The notes below the pieces were generated by a model. It did not search any database. It saw nothing but the letters and a program-made list of their open reading frames with translations, and was not told the origin of the DNA. From Nitrosopumilaceae archaeon (GTDB lineage Archaea > Thermoproteota > Nitrososphaeria > Nitrososphaerales > Nitrosopumilaceae): 64,000 bases of DNA. Shown piece after piece: positions 29,478 through 39,217 of the stretch. Made by a program: the position numbers and the translations under genes. Location: positions 480,001 to 544,000 of the forward strand of contig OZ242274.1 of NCBI GenBank assembly GCA_965207375.1. The letters are read 5' to 3'. Numbering within the stretch: the stretch's first letter is position 1; the number at the start of each line of letters is the position of its first letter.

Positions 29478-29714
29478 TTATCTTACAATTCCATTATTGT
29501 AGTCATAAACAAACTCTTCTCTGCTTATATCTGCATATGACAATATTTTGTGTTGTGTTCCTATTGGCAGTATCTTGTTTCCTAGGGGAACTATTGTTAT
29601 TGTCTCACTATTTTTTAATGTGGCATGACTTCCTTTTCTCTGGGTTATGACAAACCCTTTTCTTTGCAGATACCTAACCATCACATTTCCTGAAATTTTT
29701 GGAACTTTGGACAT
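29478..29714 (-). CDS. hicA: HicA toxin (type II TA mRNA interferase)
   Basis: L.RKGF...RKGSH catalytic motif, T.VP, LPIGT..KIL. Confidence 0.9.
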   Translation of the reverse strand: MSKVPKISGNVMVRYLQRKGFVITQRKGSHATLKNSETITIVPLGNKILPIGTQHKILSYADISREEFVYDYNNGIVR

Positions 29715-29926
29715 TATTGTTCTGTTATAAGCATGTTAAATTCGGTGTCTCTACCAAATTCTGTTACTGCAAGATCCATTGCCTCTTTCATATTTGCAAC
29801 TATCTCACCAAATGTGTCACCATAGGAGGTTGCATGTAGATCATCACACCAACCTACGAATCTCCCATCTTCCTTATCAGTTGTTATTACTACAGTGTAT
29901 GTTCTTTTTTGGATTGTAGAGCTCAT
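29714..29926 (-). CDS. hicB: HicB antitoxin (short form, no DNA-binding domain)
   Basis: YTVVI...EDGRFV..C.DL...GDT..E...NMKEA; stop overlaps the hicA start. Confidence 0.85.
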   Translation of the reverse strand: MSSTIQKRTYTVVITTDKEDGRFVGWCDDLHATSYGDTFGEIVANMKEAMDLAVTEFGRDTEFNMLITEQ

Positions 29927-30175
29927 GATATAACTAGCATGTTTAACATTAAAAATATTATGGACTTTATACGCATTAGTATCTGAACATGGCATCTTAA
30001 TGCATCAACTCCTGACAGGATTGATGCAATCTTTTGTTGTTCTGGCAAATTGCGAGTGTGGGGAAGTTGTATTTTTGCAATTTCATCCCTATTTATGGCA
30101 CCATAGGTAGTTCATGCAATAGAAAAGATTCTAGTCTATTTTCAACTTAAATAAAGCAATACAAGATTATCAAAC

Positions 30176-30700
30176 ATGAAGATTGTAATTATAGCAGGCA
30201 GTCCACGAAAAACCGGAAACACACAAACCATGATGAATTTTGTGTATGAATATGCAAAGACCAAAGACCACGAAATAAAATACATCAATTTGGCATCTGG
30301 TCAAATACAATGTTACAAGGGTCCTGAAGAGCAATACAATGATGCGACACAAAAGGCAGCTGCTGCCATTACAGATGCAGATGTGTGGTTAATAGGAACG
30401 CCAGTCTATAACTCGTTTTTTAGCTCAGCAATCAAAAATTTGTTTGAATACATCAACTATAAAGAGACTGTAGGCAAGACCGCAGGCATGGCAATCTTAG
30501 GTGCAGGACAGATTGCATTTATAGACGTTCAGACAGTCTTGACGCAGTTGATGTCTTATTTTAGGGTAATAACAAACCCAAAGGCAGTCTTTATGACCAC
30601 CGAATCAATTAAAGACGGCCAAGTAATCGGAGACGATGCTAAAAACAGGTTGAAAGAATTGGTGGATGAAACGCTATCGTTGGCATCTAAACTACACTGA
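30176..30700 (+). CDS. NADPH-dependent FMN reductase
   Basis: GSPRKTGNT, GTPVYN..S.AIKN. Confidence 0.9.
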   Translation: MKIVIIAGSPRKTGNTQTMMNFVYEYAKTKDHEIKYINLASGQIQCYKGPEEQYNDATQKAAAAITDADVWLIGTPVYNSFFSSAIKNLFEYINYKETVGKTAGMAILGAGQIAFIDVQTVLTQLMSYFRVITNPKAVFMTTESIKDGQVIGDDAKNRLKELVDETLSLASKLH

Positions 30701-31100
30701 GATTGTCATCAAGGTATACCGTTTTGAATATTTTTACAGTATAATCTCCTGCAAAGATGTTGATTGTAGAATATTCATTTGTTTCTGTCACCCTGAATTT
30801 ATACTCGTAACTTCCATCTTGATTTACATTAGTTTGTGCAAACAAAACGGCATCGCCTTGTGAATCATAAATCTGAATAATTACAGGATGATCAGGTACT
30901 GCGTTATCTACTGTGCCTTCGATATAGGCCCATGGCATTGAATTGTTTTCTGGAATTGAAAATTCTATTGCGGATTTTGAAATTCCCATGTCTGTTCCAA
31001 TTGGAGTGATATAGTCAGTCTGCATTTGTGCAGTAGCTACTCCAGAGAGGGCAGGAACCAGTACAATTGATGCCAATAGAAACATTAATGATTTGTTCAT
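30687..31100 (-). CDS. Secreted hypothetical protein
   Basis: Signal peptide; beta-sandwich pattern DGSYEYKF...GDYTVK. Confidence 0.75.
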   Translation of the reverse strand: MNKSLMFLLASIVLVPALSGVATAQMQTDYITPIGTDMGISKSAIEFSIPENNSMPWAYIEGTVDNAVPDHPVIIQIYDSQGDAVLFAQTNVNQDGSYEYKFRVTETNEYSTINIFAGDYTVKIFKTVYLDDNLSVV

Positions 31101-31219
31101 CTAGTAGTTTCTTTGTATAGTTGGTTTTAAAAGTTTATTCCAAATGTAGCAAGGAGGATTCATGACGGCACAATAGAAATTAAAAAAGGTCAAATTATAC
31201 GATGATATACAGATATGTC

Positions 31220-31330
31220 ATGGATTTGACCGAATTGTGTTCTTGTAAATGTCATTTTGGGGGAGCCGTTAGTTGTCCCGGTTGCAAAGCAAATCATGAT
31301 ACAATACAATGCGAGCATTGCAAAAAGTAA
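31220..31330 (+). CDS. Cys/His-rich microprotein (metallothionein- or Zn-finger-like); not in the ORF track
   Basis: MDLTELCSCKCHFGGAVSCPGCKANHDTIQCEHCKK*: 7 Cys and 3 His in 36 aa; ends 3 bp from the convergent gene. Confidence 0.6.
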   Translation: MDLTELCSCKCHFGGAVSCPGCKANHDTIQCEHCKK

Positions 31331-31333
31331 CGC

Positions 31334-31810
31334 CTATTTTTTAGATGCAAGCATCTTCAAGTTTGCCAATTCGGTCTTTAAGGATTCAATTTGAACCAAG
31401 GTTTCAAGATTGGAAATTTCCTGCTTTAATCTATCAATTTCGGTGTCTTTGATCTTTACTGTATCGCGCAGTGTATTTAGTTCGTCGGTTAACTCAGTTT
31501 TGGCCTCTTTTAGTTCACCTGCAGTCACCTGTTTGCCATCAGATGAATAAACTAGGGATTGTGTGACACTAGAGCTTTTTTTTTCAATGTGTTGATTTTG
31601 GGATGACGCCTGTTTGTGGGCATAATCGGTACTTTTTTGTGAAAGCCAGCACATCAGTGTCAAAAACCAGGTGATCGGAACTGCCATTATAAATACAAAG
31701 TTGAGTATGGTCGCACCCAAGTCATTTACAAACCAAGGCCACAATCCAGTAAGTACTGCTGCAAAGGCACCAGTCGTAACTGTGGCCAGATGATTTCTCA
31801 AATAACCCAT
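31334..31810 (-). CDS. Membrane protein with C-terminal coiled coil
   Basis: Two N-terminal TMs, heptad-rich C-terminus. Confidence 0.75.
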   Translation of the reverse strand: MGYLRNHLATVTTGAFAAVLTGLWPWFVNDLGATILNFVFIMAVPITWFLTLMCWLSQKSTDYAHKQASSQNQHIEKKSSSVTQSLVYSSDGKQVTAGELKEAKTELTDELNTLRDTVKIKDTEIDRLKQEISNLETLVQIESLKTELANLKMLASKK

Positions 31811-31890
31811 GTTTTATCTGAAAAATTTGTAGTTTATAACAGTAATGCTAGCAATAAATACCAAAAGTGAGTAAAAAGAAAAAAGAATTG

Positions 31891-32118
31891 TTATTCTTCT
31901 TTTTCTATGACTGTTGCTTTTTGTGTATCTGATTGTAAAATCTGAATCTTTTCTACAAGTTCGTTTCTCAGATCTCGTGCAACTCTGCGAACTGTTGGTC
32001 GCGGAACGCCAAGTTCATCAACAACTTTTGTGTAGATATCTTGTTTGTCAGTGACCCCCTTGTCGAGATAAGAATTAATTGCTTCTTTGATGATTGTACT
32101 TTGATTTGTACGGTTCAC
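31891..32118 (-). CDS. Small putative HTH DNA-binding protein
   Basis: IY.KVVDELGVPRPTVRRV HTH-like pattern. Confidence 0.65.
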   Translation of the reverse strand: MNRTNQSTIIKEAINSYLDKGVTDKQDIYTKVVDELGVPRPTVRRVARDLRNELVEKIQILQSDTQKATVIEKEE

Positions 32119-32298
32119 GAGATATACATTTTAGTTGTTATATATAAGATTATAATTTGTGTACAAATTTTAAAAATAAAAATTAAAAAAATAATTACAA
32201 AATTAAAAAATACTATGATACAAAACATATTTTAAAAAAACTGTTCTGCATGATACATTGATCAGAAGACTCTTATGATGACATGATTATTTTAGAAT

Positions 32299-32778
32299 AT
32301 GACCGGTGTAGTCATTGAGACTAATTTGGGCAATATGTCATTTAAACTATTATCAGATCTTGCACCAGAAACTGTAAGAAATTTTGAGAAATTAGCAGAA
32401 TCTGGCTTTTATGATGGAACACTGTTTCATAGGGTAATTCCCGGATTCATGATTCAGGGCGGAGATCCCAATACCAAGCAACCTGACAAGTCTAATTGGG
32501 GAATGGGAGGTCCCGGATATACAATAAGGGCAGAATTTAGTTCACGTTCACACCTCAGAGGCATAGTTTCGATGGCACGTGCACAAGATCCAAACAGTGC
32601 AGGTTCTCAATTCTTCATAGTGACTAGTGACAGTACGTTCTTAGACAAGCAGTATACTGTATTTGGCGAGGTCATAGAAGGTATGGACGTGGCAGATAAG
32701 ATTGTGAATCTTCAAAGAGACGGAAATGATTGTCCAATACAGGATGTAAAAATGCTTAAAGTGTCCCTAGTACAATGA
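32299..32778 (+). CDS. Cyclophilin-type PPIase
   Basis: FHRVIPGFMIQGGDP, SMAR, SAGSQFFI. Confidence 0.95.
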   Translation: MTGVVIETNLGNMSFKLLSDLAPETVRNFEKLAESGFYDGTLFHRVIPGFMIQGGDPNTKQPDKSNWGMGGPGYTIRAEFSSRSHLRGIVSMARAQDPNSAGSQFFIVTSDSTFLDKQYTVFGEVIEGMDVADKIVNLQRDGNDCPIQDVKMLKVSLVQ

Positions 32779-33680
32779 GAGACCTAGCTTTGAAAGGGGC
32801 AGTTTTGATAATAATTGCAGTTTTACTAGTTATTCCGCTACAGGCAGCCTCCGCCCAAGAGATTACGCTTGCCCAAAAAGCAAACCAGAAATCAATTGAG
32901 GTACATATTTCAAAAGATGGCAACGTTGGCATCCTCCACATTGTGGAGGAGTCTTCTGCCCCTAGACAGATCGATTTGATACAAGGTGCGCCAGACAATA
33001 TCAAAGTGACAGAGATAGGAGGAGGACAAACACAATATGCAATGATTAATGGAGATCTAGGGGTGATGTTTCTGCCGTCTACTGCAGAACGCATAGTACA
33101 ATATGATTTGGATAATGCACTGGTGCAAGAGCAGGGTTTGTGGAAATGGGAATTTCGATATTTGGAGAGTACAAAATTTTTCTTTCCTGAAAATATCAAC
33201 ATGATATTTGTAGACGGGCAACCTGTTTTGCTTGATGAAAAAAAGGCAATAAACTGCCACGGTTGTGAGATGGTTTTGGAATTTTTTGAAGACCAAGATA
33301 TTCAGGTGGTGCAGGTAAATTGGAAACAGTATGAATTTGAGTTGCCAATAATTTCACCATCTGAAATTAAAGAGCTTGAATTTGATCAGCCATCAAAAAG
33401 CATTAGCTTTGTTCCAAGTCAGACAAACCAGCTAATAACTGTGGTATTGCCTTTTGAATTGTTATGGGAGCCGTATCAGGTGTACCAGGGAGACGAAAAA
33501 ATTCCGTTACACTCGTACATCAAAAATGACACACATGTATGGCTCAATGTAAGATCTGACAGTATGGAACCCATTACCATAATTGGAACCACTGTGATTC
33601 CCGAATTTTCCTTGTTTTTGCCATTGGTTTTAGGTGTTGCAGTAATTGTGTCTATACAGTATAGGACTATTCTCCGCTAG
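32775..33680 (+). CDS. PEF(G)-CTERM-type surface protein
   Basis: Signal peptide; C-terminal IIGTTVIPEF followed by a TM helix. Confidence 0.8.
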   Translation: MRDLALKGAVLIIIAVLLVIPLQAASAQEITLAQKANQKSIEVHISKDGNVGILHIVEESSAPRQIDLIQGAPDNIKVTEIGGGQTQYAMINGDLGVMFLPSTAERIVQYDLDNALVQEQGLWKWEFRYLESTKFFFPENINMIFVDGQPVLLDEKKAINCHGCEMVLEFFEDQDIQVVQVNWKQYEFELPIISPSEIKELEFDQPSKSISFVPSQTNQLITVVLPFELLWEPYQVYQGDEKIPLHSYIKNDTHVWLNVRSDSMEPITIIGTTVIPEFSLFLPLVLGVAVIVSIQYRTILR

Positions 33681-33822
33681 AACCGCAGGAACAAAAACCG
33701 TATTCGTCAATGCGAGAATTGCAGAGTGGGCATTTTTCATTGTAATCTACCTCCCATGGTTCTTTTCCAAATAGGCGGAAATGATCATCAATTTCTTTTG
33801 GAATAATTCTTTTTTTATCCAA
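33667..33822 (-). CDS. 51-aa Cys-containing microprotein; not in the ORF track
   Basis: TTG start; MDKKRIIPKEIDDHFRLFGKEPWEVDYNEKCPLCNSRIDEYGFCSCGSSGE* (CxxC...CxC). Confidence 0.7.
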   Translation of the reverse strand: MDKKRIIPKEIDDHFRLFGKEPWEVDYNEKCPLCNSRIDEYGFCSCGSSGE

Positions 33823-33871
33823 ATATATCATACACCAATACAACTATACATATATCATTTCTTAAAAATAC

Positions 33872-34060
33872 ATGGTAGATTGTGGATGTCACTGTATAAA
33901 ATGTGGCAGTACCGATGTGACATCAAAGCAGGTTGGCAAAACAGAACCAGACGGATACTTTGATATGCATCACACATGTAACAAATGCAATACACATTTT
34001 GATCATCTAGAAGGAGATACATTTGATTCTTGTCAGCTATGTGATTTTAATTCTAGCTAG
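33872..34060 (+). CDS. Small Cys/His-rich zinc-finger protein
   Basis: CxCxCxxC...HxCxxC...CxxC in 62 aa. Confidence 0.75.
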   Translation: MVDCGCHCIKCGSTDVTSKQVGKTEPDGYFDMHHTCNKCNTHFDHLEGDTFDSCQLCDFNSS

Positions 34061-34523
34061 CCAAGAGATCTTTATTTTTTGAATAATAATTCCGGTTATT
34101 TTGAGAGTCTTTGGTCAATTTTCTGCTAAAGGCCATCTTTGTCAATGTTTTAGAGACCTCTAGAGGACTTGCAATCCAGCCGTATTCGCGTAATTGGCCA
34201 ACGGTTTCAGAGACGGTGCGTGGTTTGACAAAAAATGCTGCCTTTTCTAGTTCTTCTAATTTTGCTGTTACCTCATGACCCTCAATCCAGACGGGATTGA
34301 CAAATTCAGGCTCGTGAACTTCTGCATCGTCTAGTAATTTTAAATGCGGTAGATTTGGTTCTGCTGGTTTGGCGTCCTCAGATGTTGTATCAAGTGCCAG
34401 ATTTGCAGTAAGATGCTTTGAAATATCTGCAATAACTTGGCCTATTGATTGATTATCCACATAGAAATCTCTGGAATCGACCTCTATTTCGCCGTCGCCA
34501 ATTCTGATTTTGATCCTAGCCAT
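34053..34523 (-). CDS. Hypothetical protein with probable C-terminal winged helix
   Basis: FF..PRTVSE...L..YGW......VSKTL pattern. Confidence 0.7.
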   Translation of the reverse strand: MARIKIRIGDGEIEVDSRDFYVDNQSIGQVIADISKHLTANLALDTTSEDAKPAEPNLPHLKLLDDAEVHEPEFVNPVWIEGHEVTAKLEELEKAAFFVKPRTVSETVGQLREYGWIASPLEVSKTLTKMAFSRKLTKDSQNNRNYYSKNKDLLAS

Positions 34524-34653
34524 GAGATTTAATGGTTGAATTTTGATTTATTCTGTTAGCTCTAAGTAGGTTTGATAATAGATCAAAATTTTTACACAAA
34601 TTATCTGTATTTTTTTGCTTTTAGCTTCAAATCTAAAAATGATAATACTAGGC

Positions 34654-35106
34654 ATGAGACGCTCAAGAAAGGTGCTGGTATTCCTTCTGATTCTGGGTTT
34701 TGTCGGGTTTGGGTATGCCCAATATGCGTTTGCCTCACAGATTGGCGTATCAGTAATGCATAGTGAACTGTCTGAAGACGGGACAGATTCAAGGTACGAT
34801 TTACAACTACAGTTTGATAATCCGTCATGGCTGTATCTGACTGCTGGTGAGACAGAATTTGTAATTTCTGCAGATGATGAAAAAATAGGCCACGGGACAC
34901 TATCTCCATTTGTGCTTCCGGCATTGGGTAAAACAGTTGCGTATGGAACGTTTGAAAAAAGCAGGCATTTGGCAGAATCCGAAGAGGTTCCAACTGTAAA
35001 GATTAGCGGAGTAACACAGTATGATATTTTCATAACGTCAATAGATGTTCCGTTTGTGTTTTATCCAACAGAGGAGCAGGCAAGAGAATTTATACATCAG
35101 AGCTAG
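34654..35106 (+). CDS. Membrane-anchored hypothetical protein (LEA/WHy-like)
   Basis: Start at MRRSRK; TM then F.NPS..L motif. Confidence 0.65.
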   Translation: MRRSRKVLVFLLILGFVGFGYAQYAFASQIGVSVMHSELSEDGTDSRYDLQLQFDNPSWLYLTAGETEFVISADDEKIGHGTLSPFVLPALGKTVAYGTFEKSRHLAESEEVPTVKISGVTQYDIFITSIDVPFVFYPTEEQAREFIHQS

Positions 35107-35115
35107 AACGCATTT

Positions 35116-36009
35116 GTGTTAACCGTATTTGGTTCTACAGCACTAGACACAATACGTACTCCAAATAAAATTTTAAAGGATGTGTTGGGTGGAGCTGCAG
35201 CATTTGCTGCAGTTTCGGCAAGCTATTTTGCAGAGACGGGTCTAATTGCAGTAATAGGTGAGGACTTTCCAAAAAAATATCACAGACTATTGGGAAAACA
35301 TTTGGACCTGCAAGGATTAACTGTTGCCAAGGGTAAAACGTTTAGGTATGACGGAAGCTATGACAGAACATTAAGTTCTAGAAAAACGCTCAAAACTGAA
35401 TTAAATGTATTGGGAGATTTTCATCCTACAGTTCCCCAGGAATATAAAAAATCAAAATTCGTTTATCTTGCAAATAACGATCCAGAGCAAAATGTAAAAT
35501 TAATTAAAGAATTTGATAATGTAAAATTTTCAATGTGTGATACGATAGAGTTTTGGATTTCAACTAAGAGAAATGCCGTAATTAAAATGATCAAAGCAGT
35601 AGATGCGGTGGTAATCAATGACGAGGAGGCAAGGCAGCTCACAGGAGAATTCAATCTGATAAAATGCGCAAAGAAAATTAAGAGTTGGGGGACAAAATTT
35701 GTAATTATAAAAAAGGGGGAGCACGGTTCACTTTTGTTTTATGAGGATGTGCTTTTTCCCACAGTCGGATTCCCGCTTGAAGGTGTAATAGATCCTACTG
35801 GTGCGGGTGATTCTTTTGCAGGAGCCATGATAGGATATATGGCAAGTCAAAATTCAACAAGTGTGTCATCTATCAAAAAAGCCATAGTATATGGTAATGT
35901 CATGGGATCATTTGCAGTTGAGAGGTACGGCATGGAAGGACTGACAGGGATCAAAAAATCACATATTGACAGGCGACTCAAAGATTATCAAAAGATGATT
36001 AGATTCTAA
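35116..36009 (+). CDS. PfkB-family carbohydrate/nucleoside kinase
   Basis: LGGAA, DPTGAGDSFAG. Confidence 0.92.
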   Translation: MLTVFGSTALDTIRTPNKILKDVLGGAAAFAAVSASYFAETGLIAVIGEDFPKKYHRLLGKHLDLQGLTVAKGKTFRYDGSYDRTLSSRKTLKTELNVLGDFHPTVPQEYKKSKFVYLANNDPEQNVKLIKEFDNVKFSMCDTIEFWISTKRNAVIKMIKAVDAVVINDEEARQLTGEFNLIKCAKKIKSWGTKFVIIKKGEHGSLLFYEDVLFPTVGFPLEGVIDPTGAGDSFAGAMIGYMASQNSTSVSSIKKAIVYGNVMGSFAVERYGMEGLTGIKKSHIDRRLKDYQKMIRF

Positions 36010-36050
36010 AAAAGATTTAAGTTTGTTTGGTGTAGTCATTTAATAAGAAT

Positions 36051-36404
36051 TTGACTCGAGAGGTTTCAGAAAAGTTAGATCGATTAGATGCAATTTTTGC
36101 ATTACAAAAAGGATTGGCAGGCGTGATGAAACATGACAGATATCCAAACAATGTAGAAGGCCGTGTTTCTGCTCTTTGTACTGCAATAATGCACGAAGCA
36201 GTGGAATTACAGCGGACTACAAATTGGAAATGGTGGAAGGTGCCAGTGGAGTTTGATGCAGATGAGGCCAAGGAGGAACTAATCGACATATGGCATTTTG
36301 TGGTTCAGGCATCAATAGAATTAGGTCTTACACCTGATGATATTGTTGCAGAATACAAAAAGAAAAACGAGATAAATCGAGAGAGACAAAGAAACGGGTA
36401 TTGA
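36051..36404 (+). CDS. All-alpha (dimeric) dUTPase/MazG-like pyrophosphatase
   Basis: E..EL...WKWWK, EELIDIWHF, KNEINRERQ. Confidence 0.85.
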   Translation: MTREVSEKLDRLDAIFALQKGLAGVMKHDRYPNNVEGRVSALCTAIMHEAVELQRTTNWKWWKVPVEFDADEAKEELIDIWHFVVQASIELGLTPDDIVAEYKKKNEINRERQRNGY

Positions 36405-36603
36405 TGTCAGGTCATGGTGAGATGAGCATGGTAAATTTGAGTGTAAATTTGTGCCTGAATTTGTAAGATTAGTCGAGGGCAGATTCACAATTAGAATCAA
36501 AACACAAATGTTCTGCTGTGTCGCGTTGGCATACTAGATGACTTGCAGTATTTGGTGATTTAACCCCTCAAAATTTAAGGAGGTCTCTAGTACCGTTGTC
36601 TTA

Positions 36604-37488
36604 TTGGGCAGGTATACAGTAATTGGCGGTTATTCGTCGCAAGATTTAGCTAGAAAAATTGCAAAAAATCTAAAGGCAGATTATATCAAAACTGAGATGC
36701 GAATTTTCCCAGATGGAGAGCAAAAAATTACATTGTCAGCTGATCCTACAAATAACACAATTGTTGTAGTTCAGTCGGCGTTTTCGCCTGTGGATTCAAA
36801 TTTGATCCAAATTCTGTCGTTAATTGACAAAGCAAAACAGCACAGCTCAAAAGTTTTTGCGGTAATTCCCTACATAGGATATGCAAGACAGGATAAAGAA
36901 TTTCTGCCAGGAGAGATTGTTACAATAAAAGTTATTGCAAGATTATTAAAATCTGCAGGAGCTACTAGGATTTTTCTAGTAGACATTCACAGTAAGGTGG
37001 CATTAAAACAATTCAAGTCATCGGGGAGAAATATTTCGGCAATACCTGATTTGGTAAGACATTTAAGAAAATTAAAACTAAAAGATCCCCTGATTGTATC
37101 GCCTGATGCAGGGGGGGCAGAGAGGGCAAAGCAATTTGCCAAACAGTTTAATTCTAATTTTATTGCGCTTGAAAAGAAACGTGATAGGAAAACAGGAAAG
37201 GTAAAGATAGTGTCGTCTAATCTAGACGAAGTGAAAAATCGCGACTTGGTTTTAGTAGACGACATGATAAGTACGGGAGGAAGTATCATCAAGGCAACTG
37301 AATTTTTGAAGAGACAAAAATGCAGGAGGATTTTTGTTGCGTGTAGTCATGCATTATTGGTAAATGATGCAAAGGCAAAGATTTGCAAGGCAGGGGTTGT
37401 AAAGATCATCAGTGCAAACACTATTCCGGGGCCGACATCTATAGTAGACATATCAAAAACATTGGCCTCTGCCATCCAAGATGCATAA
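36604..37488 (+). CDS. prs: Ribose-phosphate pyrophosphokinase
   Basis: FPDGE, YARQDK, SPDAGG, VDDMISTGGS. Confidence 0.95.
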   Translation: MGRYTVIGGYSSQDLARKIAKNLKADYIKTEMRIFPDGEQKITLSADPTNNTIVVVQSAFSPVDSNLIQILSLIDKAKQHSSKVFAVIPYIGYARQDKEFLPGEIVTIKVIARLLKSAGATRIFLVDIHSKVALKQFKSSGRNISAIPDLVRHLRKLKLKDPLIVSPDAGGAERAKQFAKQFNSNFIALEKKRDRKTGKVKIVSSNLDEVKNRDLVLVDDMISTGGSIIKATEFLKRQKCRRIFVACSHALLVNDAKAKICKAGVVKIISANTIPGPTSIVDISKTLASAIQDA

Positions 37489-37595
37489 AGGTTTTCAGGG
37501 ACCAAAAATCTCTAATTGAAGATGTAATTTCTATAGAAATAACATGTAGTTAGGAGGCTAAGGCATAAAAGCTTGACTAGAACAATATTAGTGGA

Positions 37596-38495
37596 ATGAA
37601 ACTTGTATTTTTGGGTACGTCTGCTGCACAGCCTACGGCACAAAGGGGTCTGACATGCATATGCCTAAAAAGAGATAGAGAAATAATCATGTTTGATGTA
37701 GGAGAATCGGCTCAGATTGCGTATATGAAGGCAGGATTAGGATGGAATAAAAAAATGAAAATTTTGATCACACATATGCACGGAGATCACTGTGTAGGGA
37801 TTTTAGGATTGCTGCAAACTATGTCAATGCAAAACAGAAAAGAGAAACTGGAAATTTATGGTCCAAAAGGAATTGACGATTTTGTTAAACACAACATAAA
37901 GATTTTAGACTTTAGATTGACGTTTCCTATTTTTATTAGCATTATTGATGAGGGAAAAATAATTGATGAAAAAGATTACTGTATTTATGTATCAGAGGCT
38001 GATCACTCGATAACTGCATATTCGTATCGATTTGATGAAAAAGACAAACCCGGAAGATTCCATAAAGAAAAGGCTCAACAGCTTGGAATACCGGAGGGGG
38101 AGTTGTGGGGTATACTACAACATGGCAATGACATTGAAATTGATGGAAAAAAGATAACTCCCAATCAGGTGTTAGGAGAGAAAAGACCTGGCAAGAAGAT
38201 TGGAATTTCAGGAGACACTAGGCCGACAGAAAAATTGCGAAAATTCTTTGAGCGATGTGACTATCTTACCTTTGATGCCACATTTTTAGACGAATTAAAA
38301 GATAGAGCATTGGCGACGCGGCATTCTACTGCAGCAGAGGCTGGAAAATTTGCACGTGATGCAAATGTAACAAATTTGATAATGACGCACTTTTCTGCTA
38401 GATACAGCAGTACAAAACCCCTAGTACAAGAGGCAGGAAGGTTGCCTGGTACAGTTATTGCCGCCGAAGATCTTTTAGAAATTGAGATAAAATAA
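37596..38495 (+). CDS. rnz: Ribonuclease Z
   Basis: FLGTSAA.PT, THMHGDH, exosite GIPEG, SGDTRP, THFSARY. Confidence 0.95.
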   Translation: MKLVFLGTSAAQPTAQRGLTCICLKRDREIIMFDVGESAQIAYMKAGLGWNKKMKILITHMHGDHCVGILGLLQTMSMQNRKEKLEIYGPKGIDDFVKHNIKILDFRLTFPIFISIIDEGKIIDEKDYCIYVSEADHSITAYSYRFDEKDKPGRFHKEKAQQLGIPEGELWGILQHGNDIEIDGKKITPNQVLGEKRPGKKIGISGDTRPTEKLRKFFERCDYLTFDATFLDELKDRALATRHSTAAEAGKFARDANVTNLIMTHFSARYSSTKPLVQEAGRLPGTVIAAEDLLEIEIK

Positions 38496-39217
38496 TGGTT
38501 TTTGGACCTTTAAAAGAGCAGATCAAGCAGGCAAAGAGAATAGTTTTTGTCACAGGGGCTGGAATGTCTCAGGAGAGTGGAATTCCAACCTTTAGAGGCA
38601 AAGAGGGATACTGGCGCAATTATGATCCTATGAAATTGGCAACCATAGCAGCATTTTATCAAGATCCAGTCTTGGTTTGGGAGTGGTACAATGAAAGAAG
38701 AAGAAACATTCTTGCTGCACAGCCCAACTCAGGACATTGGGCAATTGCAGAATTGGAAAAATTTGTAGAGGTGGTTATACTCACACAAAATATAGATGGA
38801 TTACATCAAAGATCTGGAAGTTCTAATGTATTAGAGTTACATGGTAGCATAATCAAAATAAAATGTACGGTTTGTAGTTTTAAGGATACAGTACAAGAGA
38901 ATTTTAAAACGTCGCCTCCGTTATGTGAATGTGGAGGCATGTTAAGACCAGACGTGGTTTGGTTTGGAGAGTCACTTGATCAGGAGATATGGAATCGTGC
39001 TATCAATTATGCCAGCGAGACAGAATTAATGATAATTGTAGGAACGTCATTGGTAGTGTCTCCTGCCAATTCCCTACCGATGTATACAAAGCAAAATGAT
39101 GGGATTTTAGTTGAAATCAATCCAAATAAAACTGAAAATGTCGGGAAAATGGACTTGGCCATACAACAAACGTCGTCGCAGGCAATACCAGAACTGGTCA
39201 AAATTTTTCAGAGTTAG
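38495..39217 (+). CDS. cobB: NAD-dependent protein deacylase (sirtuin)
   Basis: TGAGMSQESGIPTFRG, TQNIDGLH, LHGS, RPDVVWFGE. Confidence 0.93.
   Translation: MVFGPLKEQIKQAKRIVFVTGAGMSQESGIPTFRGKEGYWRNYDPMKLATIAAFYQDPVLVWEWYNERRRNILAAQPNSGHWAIAELEKFVEVVILTQNIDGLHQRSGSSNVLELHGSIIKIKCTVCSFKDTVQENFKTSPPLCECGGMLRPDVVWFGESLDQEIWNRAINYASETELMIIVGTSLVVSPANSLPMYTKQNDGILVEINPNKTENVGKMDLAIQQTSSQAIPELVKIFQS

Noticed and set aside
36405-36603. 200-bp gap with gggcagatt resembling element family A
   Set aside because: Only a 9-bp match, no terminal repeats, no credible ORF.
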